From Iphione sp. A-MEVVRFRX5 (Eukaryota), in contig OZ320321.1 of NCBI GenBank assembly GCA_976226885.1, forward strand, positions 56,048,001 through 56,112,000: a stretch of DNA of 64,000 nt, read 5' to 3'. Of this stretch, positions 39,006 to 52,099 are shown piece after piece. Below the pieces are notes generated by a model that saw only the letters and a program-made list of their open reading frames with translations, was not told where the DNA came from and made no database searches. The stretch's first letter is position 1, and every line of letters starts with the position of its first letter. A program made the position numbers and the translations under genes.

Positions 39006-39135
39006 GTATACTGATCTCTCAACTCTCAACAATAGATGGTAGTATGCTACCCCAGGAGGATATGGAAGATCCCTGTCGTATGATAGGTGAATATATTCCT
39101 GGTAAAAGATACAATGAAATGAAATGAAATGAAAT
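39006..39135 (+). mobile_element. SINE/LINE 3' tail with stem-loops and (TGAAA)n, copy 2
   Basis: Homologous to 13185-13305; ends in (TGAAA)4. Confidence 0.7.
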
Positions 39136-39179
39136 ATCCTCTAAAGGGAATTGCAGTAGTTTCCTATATTTTGTCCAAA

Positions 39180-40400
39180 TTTACTTTTGGGAATTGTTTA
39201 AATTCACCTTTATCAGTCATATTCCTAAGGTCTGGGTTCAGACTGTTCCAGTCTTGGACCAGTGCAGGCAATGGACCTAAGAAAAAATTCGAATTTAGAG
39301 GTAAGAAGATAAAACATAGGTTCATCATCTTCCCTATAGTATTTCTTGCAGTTGTACTGATTGGTGCTGGCCATGAACATTAGCATAGCAGTAACATTTT
39401 AATATCAAATGATCATGGGTTTAGGAAGGAAAACTCGACCCCCAGTGCAGTAGACAGTCTACTTTGGTATGTTATAGGGGATTGGAATAAAAACCGTGTG
39501 ATTGTTGCAGTTTTTATCGACCTAAGAAAGGCTTTTGATGGCGTCCAATGTGAGATTCTTTTACAAAACTAGCACATTACGGTTTTGGCAATGAAATAAA
39601 GTGATTCAAATGGTATCTAACATAAATGAGACACATCCTAAATTTAAACAAATCCTACTCCAATTAGTTGACGCTAAATGTAGGGGGGTACCTAAATGAG
39701 GATCTGAGGCAATTATCTAAATGATGCAATGAAAATGGGATAAGTATCAACTGGTCCAAAAAGGAGTGCATGGTGTTTATTAAACCGAGAGGCAAATTCA
39801 GAGGCAAAAAAGCTAAGACTGAAGTTGATCACACGGCAATATGTATGCCAGGGTAAGAGCTTAAATACGTGGGGATGATATTAGACAGGGGACTTACCTT
39901 CAGATTTAAACTTTAACAGAAAGTTAATAGGAATTATCCATTGTTACAATTACTGAGATACTTTAAAAGCAAGACTGATAAAGCAACTACCGTGATTGTT
40001 CTAAAAACCGTCCCATCAATTGCAAATGGGATAGGTCTAGTAACAATGAGGATCAATTATTTAAGAAATTATCCAAGTAGATATTGAGGGATATATCAGT
40101 AACATTAGGGAAACGCAAAATTGACCACAATGAAGCATACATAGAACTGTAAGTACTCCCCCGTCAATGAAGAAGTTATTATCTTTTACTGTTATTCTAC
40201 AAAAAAAAATCACTGATGAGCATGCACAAAGAAGGGGACAAACATCAACCCCACGCTCTCCATCCTACAAACTGAAAAAGCCGCGTTTGAAGCCTTCAAA
40301 TATCACCCTAATTATATAGCTCTAACTCGCTAGAATACTCTCTGGCTAAGGTGGATTATACAATCTTTAATAGAAAAATTTAAAGCCATTCTGTTTGAAA
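39180..40400 (+). mobile_element. Decayed CR1/L2-clade LINE (RT and C-terminal region)
   Basis: HGFRKENST; VAVFIDLRKAFD (39513-39539) followed by ILLQKLAHYGF; KYVGMILDRGLTF (~39866); and a C-terminal KPR.E.FK...Y-like stretch. Many stops and frameshifts. Confidence 0.8.
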
Positions 40401-41045
40401 AAAATCAGAAGGAAAAACTGGGATGTATCATAGAAACAATCTTTGGTAGAAAAGAAATATGTATGTCCAAAGACCCATAAGCATTTAACTTACAAAACAG
40501 AATTAAATGAAATATCTCGTTAATTCATAATCATGATCAATCGCCCTACCATACTAACCTGTTTTTGCTCATCCTCAATCAGACTACGTCTCACTATCAT
40601 TCACAGTCTGTGCAATATATATTCCCACTGTATAATTTGAAAGATAAAGGAAGGCCTTTCCTCTATCATTAGATGCCAATGTCAAGCATTCTTACAACAA
40701 AAAAAAGATTACTAACGTCATAAGGAAAATAAGATATACTCCACACCTTGTTGTCTAGTTTACCATGTTAAGCCCTTGTTAGTTGTCGTGGTTAAAAAAA
40801 TATTTAAAAAGCTGAATCTATATAATAAGATTATCAAAAGACAACCTCCATCACATGTGCAGCTGTTCGCAATTCTGAATCCAGGTGGTCAAATAGATGT
40901 ATTCAAAAAGTATAAAAGCTAAAGGGCAGCCCTGGTCTCCAATGAAATTTAGAGTTTTTTTCATGTATGCAGAAAAGGCTGAAATACTATCGCGTCAAAG
41001 ATCAGTTTCAAAGCAGAGGAATATATATATATATATATATATATG

Positions 41046-41271
41046 TGACTCATTCCACCAAAAAGTGTTCCATGTGTTAATCTCTGGGATCATGTTTTTC
41101 TAGTAAAAATCAAAGTTTAAGTTCATATTTTGAGTCTTTTTTGCTATGGCTGGGTTTAGGGGGTATCAGGAATATGTCCTGATTTTTTTTAGCATAATAA
41201 AATAATTCCTTCCTGTAGTTTTCAATAGTCCTGGAGATTACAGCTGGTACAGTTTGTGGTGGAATGAGTCA
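41046..41271. mobile_element. 226-bp MITE inserted in an (AT)n tract
   Basis: Perfect 15-bp inverted repeat TGACTCATTCCACCA (41046-41060) / TGGTGGAATGAGTCA (41257-41271), extending imperfectly to about 45 bp. AT dinucleotide runs flank both sides. Confidence 0.8.
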
Positions 41272-41329
41272 TATATATATTTATATATCTAAGACGGCGC
41301 AGAAGCGCAGCCAGAACGTAGGGAACACT

Positions 41330-41700
41330 TCCACAGAGGATGCACTAGGTAGTGTCATCGTGGCTTGGGAGGATAGTTTGGTGCCAAAGCTACAAAGGCC
41401 AGGTGTCCTTGAGTACAACAATGGTGGACGTAAGTTGGAAGCCGATGAGAATGTTGCTTTCTAGGAAACCTCATTTTCTTGGCTATTATCTTCCTCGTCT
41501 CACTAGACCCCCCCCCCCCCCACGTCGATCAATGTGTTTCCCCTTGGCGGTACGGCCGTGGCGCTGGAGTTTTGATAGAGTGAAGGTATTGAAGCTGACA
41601 ACCTCCGCTTTCTCTGGCATGGAGGTAAAGAGTACTGGAGCTCCCGCACCAATATCCCCTACAAAAATGGGCTGTACACCTGTAGGCACGGTCTGGTTCT
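41330..41700 (-). mobile_element. Possible LINE apurinic endonuclease relic
   Basis: IDRRGGGGGLV (DR...GGGV motif) followed about 160 bp later by ALAPNYPPKP (Y.PP motif) in another frame. Confidence 0.35.
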
Positions 41701-41899
41701 CTGTACCAAACCCATTTAGTTTCTGCCATTTGGCGAAATGGAATTATAGACACAGACTGGGCTCTTACCGTATCTTAGACGTGTTTATGCAAAGGTTAAC
41801 CTGTCTATTTGTACTGCATATAGGGCTGGGTAGTCAAATGCCACATTGTGGAAAGACAATAATGTGGACCTGACCAGAATTGTCGGCACTACTTGACAA

Positions 41900-43060
41900 C
41901 GAAGAGAACGAGTTTTTAATATATATTCTGACAGGTTTAGACGGGGCAATGCTCTACTCTCTCTGCTGTGCTACTGGGTTATGACTAACCAGCCAAAGCT
42001 ATCCCTTCTTTATGTACGTGCTTCTTTTTTTATTGTAGTGATCCCTTTCAAGGGTCACTGTCCAGAATTTCTTTTGTAGATTTGTGCATAGGGTAGGTTG
42101 GTATGTTTTTTGATACAGGTTGATAGAGTTTTGGTGGTTGTCTCTACAGGCACCATTAATGCTGTAAGATATGTAGGTGTGGACAATTATTGTTAATTGA
42201 AAAAAATTCCTTTGTACTTTTGGCTAGAACAGTGACATTTTTAAAATATATAATCTATTGCCACAGTATGGACATGATCAAAACTCATGACAACTTAAGT
42301 GAGAATGAAAGGATATCCGTAGTGCTGCTTTATACTATATTTTAATTTGGCATATGCTCCGGTGTGGTTTGATTGACCAACGACACATTCATTCTTAAGT
42401 TAATATAATTATAAACGTCTCTCTCTCTTTGCAATGGTAGGTTCTTTCGGAAGAAAGATCATGGCATCATTTTGACCTTAACGATTAAGGATGGATATTT
42501 ACGTTAGATACACCAGACATTGAGCGAAGTACGAGGGTTTGGGTTAGGCTAGACAGCTGCCAAACAATATAAACATAGTCATTCAAGGTAGTAAGCTTGT
42601 ATTCTATTAAAGAGTCCAGGAAAAAATCTGTTCATTAATACAATAATGATGTCTGTTATCTATTTAAACGTGCATCAAAGCGAATTGTATAACGGGTTGA
42701 ACACCTCAATATTGATTTAAAAGAATTACCTTCAATGTCATTTACACAATGCTTGTTTTTGTAAGGTCAGGAGCAGTTGAAAGTATGTAGCTTAGGGAAG
42801 GTCCTCCATGTTGTTTATAAATAATCACAGAAAAAATTAAGCGAGGAAAGGTTCTAACAGTGATGGTATGATCGAATTACTGAGAAAAAAACGCAGAACA
42901 GACGATTATAATCATTTTATAGAACCGGACTTGGTTTACCGGCACACCTTTAGTAAGGATAGGAGACAGTGAAGGCACAGCCAACCATGCTAGAAAAGTT
43001 GACCATTTCTATTGAGTACTTTCATGTTGTCTGTACTGTTATGATTACTAATAGTGATCA
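41900..43060 (-). mobile_element. Decayed L2/CR1-clade LINE relic
   Basis: Ordered degenerate motifs LNRNGQ, ILTKGVP, then PHLHIL.H.W (PHL.Y.I..W) and LYQKT. Confidence 0.4.
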
Positions 43061-46000
43061 TCGTTTGGTGATGTATGTAATAATTCATATTTGACATTCA
43101 AGAACGGAATAGGACAATACATTAAGTGGTGATAGTAATGATGGTGATAATAATAATAATCATGTATGCACCATTGCAGAGACAGCATCGCAGTCGCAAA
43201 TCGCTCCGTGTTAATATTTCGTTGCATTTCTCCTATCTTTTCAGACCGAACCTTTCACTCACAGATATCTCTATGTTAACATCACTTCTATTTCTCCCAT
43301 GTACAATGGAATGGTGAGAAACTCGAATAACACTGTCCAAGGTATGATCAGAAAGAATACTTTGTTACTGATACTCTGGCCAAAATCCATTTGGTATTGT
43401 TTCAAAGCGTCGGCTAAACTTACGCTGATTAATTTGTCATTGTTACATCAGCAGTAGCCGTTTGTAAATGTAATCGCAGTTCTCCCTCCAGGCACTATTG
43501 CTTAAAATATCGCACACTCTTCGAGCCGGGTGGTGCATTTCACAGTATCTCTTCGGTTATGTCGACGTTATCCTACCTATTATTTCATATGTGCTCGCAA
43601 GCCGCATCATAACAACTCAAAGACTTATATATTTCTAGTTGTAGCCCGTGTAAGTTTCCTTAAATGTTAAATCAGTCTTTGTCGGATGGGTGCACCTTTT
43701 GGGGGTACCAGTGCATACCTACCCTGTTGATAGGTTGATTTACCGATTCATCCGATGTGGCTTTAATGTTGCACTTGGGTCTGTGGCCTGCACCTGGGGC
43801 TCCAGTCGTGTACTAACCTGCTGTCCCACCAGGGAAAGATGTGCATTTGGAATGTTTGGATGGGTGAATCGGCTGCTCTTTGCCACGGCTGAGCAGGCTT
43901 CGCCTCTCCATAGACTACATTTCCATCTACTTCCTCTTTACGCTAATAACTTGTATGGCTTATAAAACAAGTTTCCTTGAAATCATTGAATTACGTGTAG
44001 TTACATGGTAAGGCAAGGCGTAAATGTCTACACATATATCCATACCTTTGATATGGGTAACTAGGTTTGCGTTACAGTTCCGTTACATTTTTGATCGACT
44101 TAACCTGCAGTTTTGGCCAACGAATCATATATGAGGCTCGAGGCACACAGGGGGGGGGGGGTCTTAGGTCGTGAAAGAAGGCATGAAGCAAATGTTTCCG
44201 ACCGCAATGAATATGGATAAAGGCTGGCTACAGCTGCACCACATACACATATGGTTTCAGTGTGAGATATCCAGTTAGATCACGTGACCGTCTACACAAT
44301 CAACGCTCTTGATGAATACATTCAGTATGACCTGTCGTGTCAGGGAGACCCGCGATCCTGATACTTTACTTTATTGTCGTTGACGAAACAATTCTCGAGA
44401 CTGAAATCTTATGTAAAACGACGCCACGGTTGTACATTCCCATTCTGCAGGATCGCTTCCCTTATATTACCTTGGCGTTGCTACATACCAACAGTCCCTT
44501 TACTTATTCTATGAAATAATGTTTTTCTGTGGAACTTTGAATATATTTTACATGTTCTTTATTCACAACTTTTAGCCTTCCATCTCCTTTCAATGAATAG
44601 AAGAAAGCGATCAAAGCAACGTCATTTAGAGCCGTTGTGTAGTTATGTGTTTTATTGTGTAGGTTCGATGACAGAATGCTGTAATATTCAAATATATATG
44701 GAATAAAGAGAAGACATGTGGCAAAAAGGGTATATATTGAAGCAATGTCGATGTACACATACAAAGGTTTGGGGTCTGGCAACACAATCTTTAACTCCAT
44801 TACCGATATACATGTACTCACAGTGTACGAACTCATATGTACATGGACATCACCCTTTAGGATTTGGTTTGATATCTAGGGGATTACTAATTAATAAGAA
44901 TCAGTTCATTTACTTTGACCTATTACTTGACTATGACACGTATATTCATTGCTGCTTTCTCCTTATACATAGATGTTAAGTGGCTTTGTGGGAAAGAGAG
45001 AAACTATGTGGAAAGCCAGTTCTTTGAAAACAAGTAATTCTGCCTAGCATATTTTAAGTACACCAACATTAGAATAAATATCTACTTTTAAAAAGACTGA
45101 CATTAAAAGGTTATAAAGTAATATGAACAATTTGGAGTTTTGAAATGTGCAAATTAGTTTAGACATTCAAGTCCTATATTATCGGTAATTAACACTGTAA
45201 ATGTATGATGACTTATAAGTTCTGTGGAGGTTTTAGATATTTTTTGTTTCCATGGTGATTATCCCAGAGCAACATTCATCCAGACTTCCGCACATATATC
45301 AACACCTAATAAAGGATGCTATTTCTAGTTACAGGTAAGTGGAACGACATCTCATTGAGGATAGATTGAGATTAAGGAGAACTTCGCTCAGATTGCCTTT
45401 TCTTTCAAACTCCTCCGTCACATTACAAATACAATGAGACGAAAGAGGGCTTTAATTGTTTTGTTTCTATATAGACATTTGCACTTCATGCGTCTATCTT
45501 CTGCCGGACTAATGAAGACCTTGTAACTTGACATGAACATGTTCCATGGTAAGCAATCTTAGATCTTTAGATGCAGCAAGAAAAAAATGATGTTATGTTA
45601 TAGTACTAATTCAGAGTATTTATGGCTTGGACCAGTCACTAAGATAATGTGTACACGAGTGTCGAAAAGCCCTTAGGCAGCAACTACAAACTGTATTGTA
45701 GGCTCTACAGAAAGTCCAGGCAAACCACCATGGATGTTTCCTTAAAGAAGCCCTGACCATGAACTTTCCTCAACATATTGTTGTAGCTGAGACATGTTTG
45801 TCCTTGCTAAGAATAGGCATTGGAGATGATTACTGTTATGTAATAGTGTTCATAGGTGTATTATGTAGGTGTGCACTTGCAGTGGTCCGTTATGGTTTGC
45901 AGAGTGACCAATCAGAAATAATGAGAATGCGATTTTTAATAAGTCTCATGTAATATCTGTGTCACATGACCTGTCTGAGAGTATCTAAGAATTTACCTTA

Positions 46001-47210
46001 GGTGAACAAACATATTTCCTCTCACATGCATTCTGAGAGAGTTACACTTCAGCAGACTAATTTTCTGCATTTGGAGTGAACCAGATATTTTATGATCATT
46101 GTTGTTATTTCATGTTGTCTTACTTATTGGAAACCAGGCTCACGTTACATTGTTTTAATCAATCAGGCAACTACAGTCTGAATGCCATAGTGAACAGCTG
46201 AAATGGTGGTATTTTCCTATTAAAATTGTAATCGAATTAATTTTTCTCGACATATTCCAGCTTATTTTGTCTTTGATAGCTTCGTCTACTCTTTAAAAAG
46301 CGGAAGATCACACTAGATGTCTGTGCAGTTGGAGTAGTCGGATTTCAGAATCTACCATAATTAAAGTATGTTGAATTACGACGCTGTCTACGCCAATGTA
46401 ATGGCCAAATCACATTCGTTTTCTCGATGATAAATAAAACGTCCCCTTATTATCGAACTAACTAGACCCGGGAGACGCCTCACAATATCGCTCGTTTCGC
46501 AACGCATCAGGACATGGGGACAATCCAGCATCCGGGTCACCGCTGAGGACGCTTAAAATTCTCTGGTCATTCTAGAGCGTTGGCCTTCTAAGGAAGTTGC
46601 CAGTTTCCTTGTTCACTTAAACCGTCAGTCCACTCGAGCGGCACAAATACTTCTGGAGAGTCAGAGGGGGAGTTATATTGCCAGAACAGTTGGCGCATTA
46701 ATGTAAGCTCTCCTATGTGTCATTCTGCTGCATGAAACAGTGAGTAAATCTGAGTGCCTTGGTTGAGGTCAGTGAAATCGAACTTTGTGAGTCTTTATAT
46801 CCTCCGTACACCAGATGAGACTGACATAAAAAAAAGAAATAAACACGAAATGGCACGAAAGAATGGTTTAAGGCTATAACTCTGAGCGAGTAGAACCTTC
46901 AGAACATGAAACAATATGAATATGGAAATAAGCATCCCAAGATGATCTCCCCTCTCATTTCTAATGCCAATAGCAGCTCATCCCACCGTCAACACAAGTG
47001 ATAGAGCAATTCGGAATCTGAACAGGGAATATTTTGCTGGTCTTAGAAATAGATGAAATATGAGAAAAACGAATCTCTTTTGAAAGGCCAACATCCCTCG
47101 GTTAAAGGCACAGTTGGTTGCTCCTTCCAGTGGTCGCATTGATGGATTATCTACTGTATTTCCTTTTTACGATCACAATAGCATTGTATGACATTGGGTA
47201 CCAGTGGCGT

Positions 47211-47372
47211 AATTTCTGAATAATAGGTAGGATAATTTCAGAATAATAAGTAGGGTAATTTCTGAATAATAGGTAGGAAAATTTCTGAATAATAAGGTAG
47301 GATAATTTCTGAATAATAGGTAGGGTAATCTCTGAATAATAGGTAGGGTAATTTCTGTACAAAGGGTAGGAC
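47211..47372. repeat. 23-bp minisatellite x7
   Basis: AATTTCTGAATAATAGGTAGG(G/A)T units start at 47211, 47234, 47257, 47280, 47304, 47327 and 47350. Confidence 0.95.
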
Positions 47373-47952
47373 GTCCAGCCTGAAAACCATGTATTGGACA
47401 GGCTGGCTGCCTGCGCGACACCGATACCCTACCCGACTTCTTGATCACCGGGCGTCGTCTTGTTCACAATCTAAGGACGACCCAACCCCGGGAACCTGAT
47501 GATCGCGACCACCGGCATCAAGGGGAGGAGGGGATCCCTATGGCGTTGACCTACTAGCAGATGGGAGGCTCTCCAGTAGCCTGGAGTGTCGATAAGACAG
47601 GTCGGATCAAAGCCGTTCAGCGATGCTTAACTGAGCGCACTACTTTAAGGCAACAATACCGTGGTCGATGACCTGCTCCCGCCACACATGCATAATATGC
47701 CCTATGCAAGTCGCCCTTCGGCTGACTCAACTAATGGGCACCTCAAATGTAGCACCGCACCACCACATAATATATAAAGAAAGTAACCCTCTGTTGCTGA
47801 CAACCCTCTATAAAAGGCAGAATAGGCTGGTCCCCCAATTGGTCCCGTTTGACGGTTTATTCTGTATTAGGCCCAATTTCCTTACCTACGTTGGTGTCCG
47901 TGTGTGTTTGTGTGCATTAAGGTGTGTTTTTATTGGACAAGTTTATTTAAAT

Positions 47953-48345
47953 GGCCTGGTCTCTTAACCTGCGGGTGTGCATGTGTCTTTTGGTGCCCAT
48001 TGGGTTCCGTTGTCGATTTTCGGTACATGCTTGATAAATCTTCTGGACCTCTGGACAGCCATGCATGGCTATTTACACATTTCTACTCATTTTTACTGTT
48101 ATTTACGCACATTTACACACAAATCCATCCTTTGCTGACTTTTTTCAGTCATCTTTACTGTTTCTCATCAAATTTATCCTTTTTCATGGTTTCCCCATCA
48201 ATTTTGCCGTTTTTCATTGTATTTATCATGAAATTCATTCTTTTTCATCCTTCTCATGCGCTGGCATGCTCTGGCCCACACTGGTCACCAAAGCACACCC
48301 GAGTGGAAAACCAAAACGCAAGTCCCTGTACTGGAAACACAAAAG
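47953..48345. mobile_element. Diverged inverted copy of the 32338-32838 MITE family
   Basis: Starts GGCCTGGTCTCTTAACCTGC, similar to GGCCTGGTTTCCTTACATGC. Blocks CGTTG.C..TTTTCGGT, ATGCAT..CTATTT and GTGG.AAAAC...ACTGGAAAC.CA are collinear with the reverse complement of 32338-32838. Confidence 0.4.
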
Positions 48346-49599
48346 AGACTGTGAAGAAGAGTTAGTATCTGACCATTGCAATATTGTTGTTAATTACCTT
48401 CGAAAATTCTTACCATCTTTAGATACAATTCCGCGTACATGTGTATAGATGGCTTTCTCCTTTGAAGCGACCGAATATCCCTATGTTTTATGCGAATACA
48501 ACACTTACCATAGAATTCTTGTCACGGAATGTATCTAGCAGGCTGCACATTTCCTATAACCAACAATTGACAAGTACCAATAGAGGGACTGAAAATGTAA
48601 ATTTAATGTATCACCAATAAATGCTTGTCATCCAGGATGCGAATTGACAAATATCAATATTGGACGGACAAACATGAATATTATGAACATGTTTTTGTTC
48701 ATTACGCACTATTCCTCGGGGAAATCTGACCTCAGCCACCGTAGAGTGAGGGTTAGGGCTATTCCCAATGAATTGTGATTGAAATAGTAATGAGCGCAGC
48801 CTTGGGATTTATCCCCTTACGAAATACCTACTCCATAGCTGCAGAGCGGCTGGCACAGAGGAAGAGCAATACCAAGGTGGAAACCGTAGCAACCAAGGGC
48901 ACCTTCCCCCATTTTAAGATCATTTGCGTAGATTGCCACCAGAATAACTATGATGAGCTACACGGCACCCACAGCGATGGGCAAATCCATTTATGACAAT
49001 GTGTTTAAAATGCATGGAATATTGACAGTCACTTCGGAGGGGTGAATCGAGTTTTCAACAGCCAGATGTATGAATGTCATTTCGCGCATCAAGCAATAGT
49101 GGTGATATGTAAACATTGTGTTCATATTTGAATGATGATCGTTCATGTCGGTCCTTGTATTATATTTGATAGCAGCCGGATTATTTGTAATCAGACGCTT
49201 GACTTAAGACGATTTGTTTTCTGAATATCAATCTTTCTTGATTTTCCATGCAATTTGACCTCGGCTGTAGATAGATAACACCGACAGATGCTACTTCAGG
49301 CAAGGATCTGCCCAAATTATCTAGATAGACAGAGAAGAAAATCCATAGATGTACACATATATTTAAATATTATCGTCGGCGTTTAAAAGATATATAACAT
49401 CATGTCATTATCATGCAGTTCAGAGAAAGCCGTCATGCTCTTCCAATGAAAGCAAGTCTCCTGACTTTATTCGTAAGGAGATTGTTAATCTGCATTGTTT
49501 TTGTCGTATTGATGTAAGAATTCACCGCATAAATTGACAATGTCAATTATCAAAAAACTAAGATTTTGTCCCGCACTCGGAGATACTTGCAGTGTACTG

Positions 49600-50230
49600 C
49601 AAGATTGTCGTCTACAAGAAAACATATATGGTTAAGAGATGTAACAATAGCGACGTACTGTTGAGTACTAAAAAAGGCTCTCCTTCCACCACGAAAACCG
49701 CCAACTGGGGGACTGAAATGGCATGAAGCAATGTGAGGCTGACGTGAGCGAGGGCCCATCTAGGCGCGAGACCAGTGTTGAAGTTCCACTTTCTCGCGCG
49801 GAGGTACACCCCCAAACCAGGTGAGGCTCACCTGTGTAGGGACCCCACGGAGGTACTTCTGGGCGAGAAAACATGATTCAACTCATATCCGTCGGAACGG
49901 ATGGCAGCTTTTAGGCGGCCCGCGCGGGTCTGAGCTAATGGGAGTGTGAGTAACTCCGCATGGCGGCGGTCGGGGAGCAGCAGGTGACGCGTGCAGAGCG
50001 AGAGGCGACGGTAGGAAGGCAGAGCGACCACGTCTCCCCTATCGAAATCCAAGACTCACACACACCCCTGAGAGCCTGAGAGGAAAGAAATCAAGGTGTG
50101 TCCAATGGAGCTTTTAAGACAAGGATCACCACCCATTAGAGACCGAATGTTCTTCACTTGAAACAGAATCCCACTGATAAAACTAGCGGCATCCAGCACT
50201 GACTTCGGAAATTGCTCGCTTGGGGTCTAG
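49600..50230 (-). mobile_element. Decayed CR1-type LINE RT relic
   Basis: KSVL (SK.LE-like) at ~50195, DRGDVVAL...RHLLL about 46 codons later, then GVPTQVSL (GVPQGS.L-like). The spacing fits RT. Confidence 0.45.
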
Positions 50231-51659
50231 CACGGTGAACAGCTGACATTGATTTGGATGGGACAAGTGGAGACTGGATAACCATTAATGTCTCACCATG
50301 TTTGCCCTGATAATGAACCACAGCGTTTCGTAACCCTGGTTTTTACGCACAAATATTTACTTTTCGGATGCGGACCGTGCTGAGTCCAATCCGGCTGTAG
50401 ACGGGGAAATCGACATAAATTTATAAACAACTTTAATTGTGTTTTCGCGTGAATATTTCCCTCTCCACAAATGTGCGCCTCATTATTTTCCTAAACACTG
50501 CGGGACGACATCCACATGATTGCTTTGCTTTCGTGATATCCAGAAATATTTGCTGACTTGCGTATCGTAAACGTCTACAGAGTCTCGTTTTCTTACACAT
50601 TAACCAACCAGTTTTCGTTGGACCAATTGTTTTGTCTTTATATCATTCTATTTGCACGAATGTATTTATCAAAATGCGTATAATGCTTTAAAATCTGTAA
50701 TTATCCACGATTTTCAACCAATCGCTGTAGCTTAAATGTACATTACATTCATCAGTACATAGAGGTAAACGTGTACCCATGTGATATGTTCGTGTACGAA
50801 TGTTTGCGTCGAATCAGACATATAATTCAGCAGTTTAGAGAGCCATTTATACCTTGACCTACATTGTTTTAACGAGATCGATTTAACTAGCTTAAAACGA
50901 TTGATATGAATCCTGTGGGACAAAACATGTTCATGCCTCTTACAATGGCTAGAGCAATATTAGCGACCCTTCTTCACTGTGTCTAACAATGAAGTTAATT
51001 GCTTTGTTCTAATCAATTGCTTCCTGAAAGTTCTGCAATCGTCATTAACCGTTGTAGAACGTTTTTTTTCTCCTTTTCTAGACATGACATTCGTGACTCT
51101 AGAGAGCTCCGCTGAAGCAGGTTGCTTGGAAGCATGTATTTATCACATAAGTAATTCACCATGTAAATCTGCTTCCTAAGTTTTAGTTTCACATGTTGTA
51201 GGAAACGGATGCTGTTGAGCTAATTGGTTCATATTCACAGTTGGGGTGATTATTCTTCAAAGAAAGGAATGAATCAATAGAATAGTTTACCTTTGAGTTG
51301 CTCTAGATCGAGTAGATTTTCTATCAGCCGGGCAGCGGGCCAGCCTGCCATTTGTTCCTGCCTACCAGATGTTACTGTCTACTACTCGTATATGTTTATA
51401 GTTGTGTGTATCATACATGCATACGTCTAAGTGGCGTGGGTTAAATACATCTATTTTGCACCGACCACTGACTTTACACACCGGATGTTATACACGGCAC
51501 AAAGGTTCAAACATGGATTTTAGACCTGATGTCTTGGTTCCTATCCTTGCTTAGATGAATAATCGCGCGTATGTGAAATAACCTACCTTGGAATAAAGAG
51601 AACGTTCATGTGAATTGTGTGTTGTGTGCTGTCGCTCTCTCTCTTGCTCTCTGTCACTC

Positions 51660-51694
<35 letters not shown>

Positions 51695-52099
51695 CTGTAC
51701 TTTGTGTTTCTATTGACCCGATTGTTACAATGAGAAAAATTGATTTTTTATTGTAGCCCAGAAGTACATGTACATGTACATGTAAGGTATGTACCGGGAG
51801 CATATGGTTGATACATACAATTAGATTTGGTGCTATATATTTAGAAGATATTCACATCATTGAAGTATGCTCCAAATGCATACTATTCAGTGGCACTTTT
51901 ACAATTATGCCTGTTTACTCCAAGTATACTTCAATCTACTGACATCATTGGGGTTTGCTCTTCACACATATCTAGACACAAATAGACTCACAGCCACTCT
52001 AGCATCACTCTAGTATATATATTTTTGTTCTAGATATAGCTGAATCCACTAAGAGCATGGGAAGTTTTCTTTATAGATTATCTACAAGTTAAAGAGGTC

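Noticed and set aside
47147-47448. Repetitive ORFs (RNYPTYYSEI...)
   Set aside because: Translations of the 23-bp minisatellite.
51062-51156. Possible 69-nt symmetric exon (strong polypyrimidine-AG at 51080-51081, GTAATT at 51151)
   Set aside because: The peptide is unrecognisable and no partner exons were found. It cannot be supported without RNA-seq.
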